Below are positions 63,239-63,769 of a stretch of 63,769 nt of DNA, in pieces (the first letter of the stretch is position 1; the number at the start of each line of letters is the position of its first letter). Location: the NCBI RefSeq assembly GCF_001194135.2, contig NC_068987.1, positions 110,043,921 to 110,107,689 of the forward strand. The letters run 5' to 3'. The notes under the pieces were generated by a model. It saw only the letters and a list, made by a program, of their open reading frames with translations. It did not search any database and had not been told where the DNA came from. This stretch comes from Octopus bimaculoides (taxonomy: Eukaryota). Made by a program: the position numbers and the translations under genes.

Positions 63239-63769
63239 CTAATACAGGTAACCAATTAGTCATGTAGAATGTGAAGCTATCTGATGGCTATTCTGTCTTT
63301 GACCATGCTAATCATTTCCAACAAGCTTGCATTATTTTCTTTGAATTCTTCAGAGGAAAGCCACTCCAATCTTTACAAGGCCCTTGGCTGCTCCCTTTAT
63401 AAAACTTTATTATTTCCCCCAACATCCTCTCTTACTTCTCTTTCGCTCTCTGCTAAACCAATCTAAATCTCTTTTATGTGTCAAGATCTACCTGGCAATG
63501 ATATCAGGTGTGCTATTTCCTAGTGTGACAGCAAGCTCCCCCAGGCAAGGCCTGTCACACATACATGATTGCATGCTACACACAGACACCCTCTCCCCTT
63601 ACTTGAATGCCTGCCCGCCCCGGCCAATCAAGACCTCACCCCACTGAGAGGAGAATAAGGGGTAATCATGATGATGATGATGATGATGTCACATGATCAG
63701 ACAGTAAAAGGTAACAGTTGATAATTATTCAGAGACAGTAATTAAATTTATATAAAGAGCTAGACAACA

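Overview
AT-rich eukaryotic draft-assembly sequence with roughly 7 kb (about 11-12%) of N-gaps, almost all next to microsatellites. The repeat content looks like a coleoid cephalopod, most likely Octopus; this is an inference from recalled repeat families, not a database hit. No host protein-coding gene can be supported, and nearly all ORF-track entries are translations of (TA)n/(CA)n/(GAT)n repeats or gaps. The window is intronic or intergenic and is dominated by: (1) three tRNA-headed SINE families, here called A, B and C; (2) RTE-LINE 3' ends and their non-coding derivatives, ending in CCATGCTAGCATGG...(GAT)n; (3) a pogo/Tigger DDE transposase fossil; (4) hAT, piggyBac-like and Helentron-like non-autonomous elements; (5) two different R4/Dong-clade LINE 3' ends stacked in one (AAT)n array; (6) a short interstitial (TTAGGG)n. 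The most interesting signal is a 1.4-kb cluster at 40.9-42.3 kb of four short elements anchored in (TA)n tracts, each with a minimal type-I hammerhead-ribozyme-like fold as found in Penelope-like elements. One has clean helices but a non-canonical GUGAAGA core. A fifth, decayed one lies at 45.7 kb.
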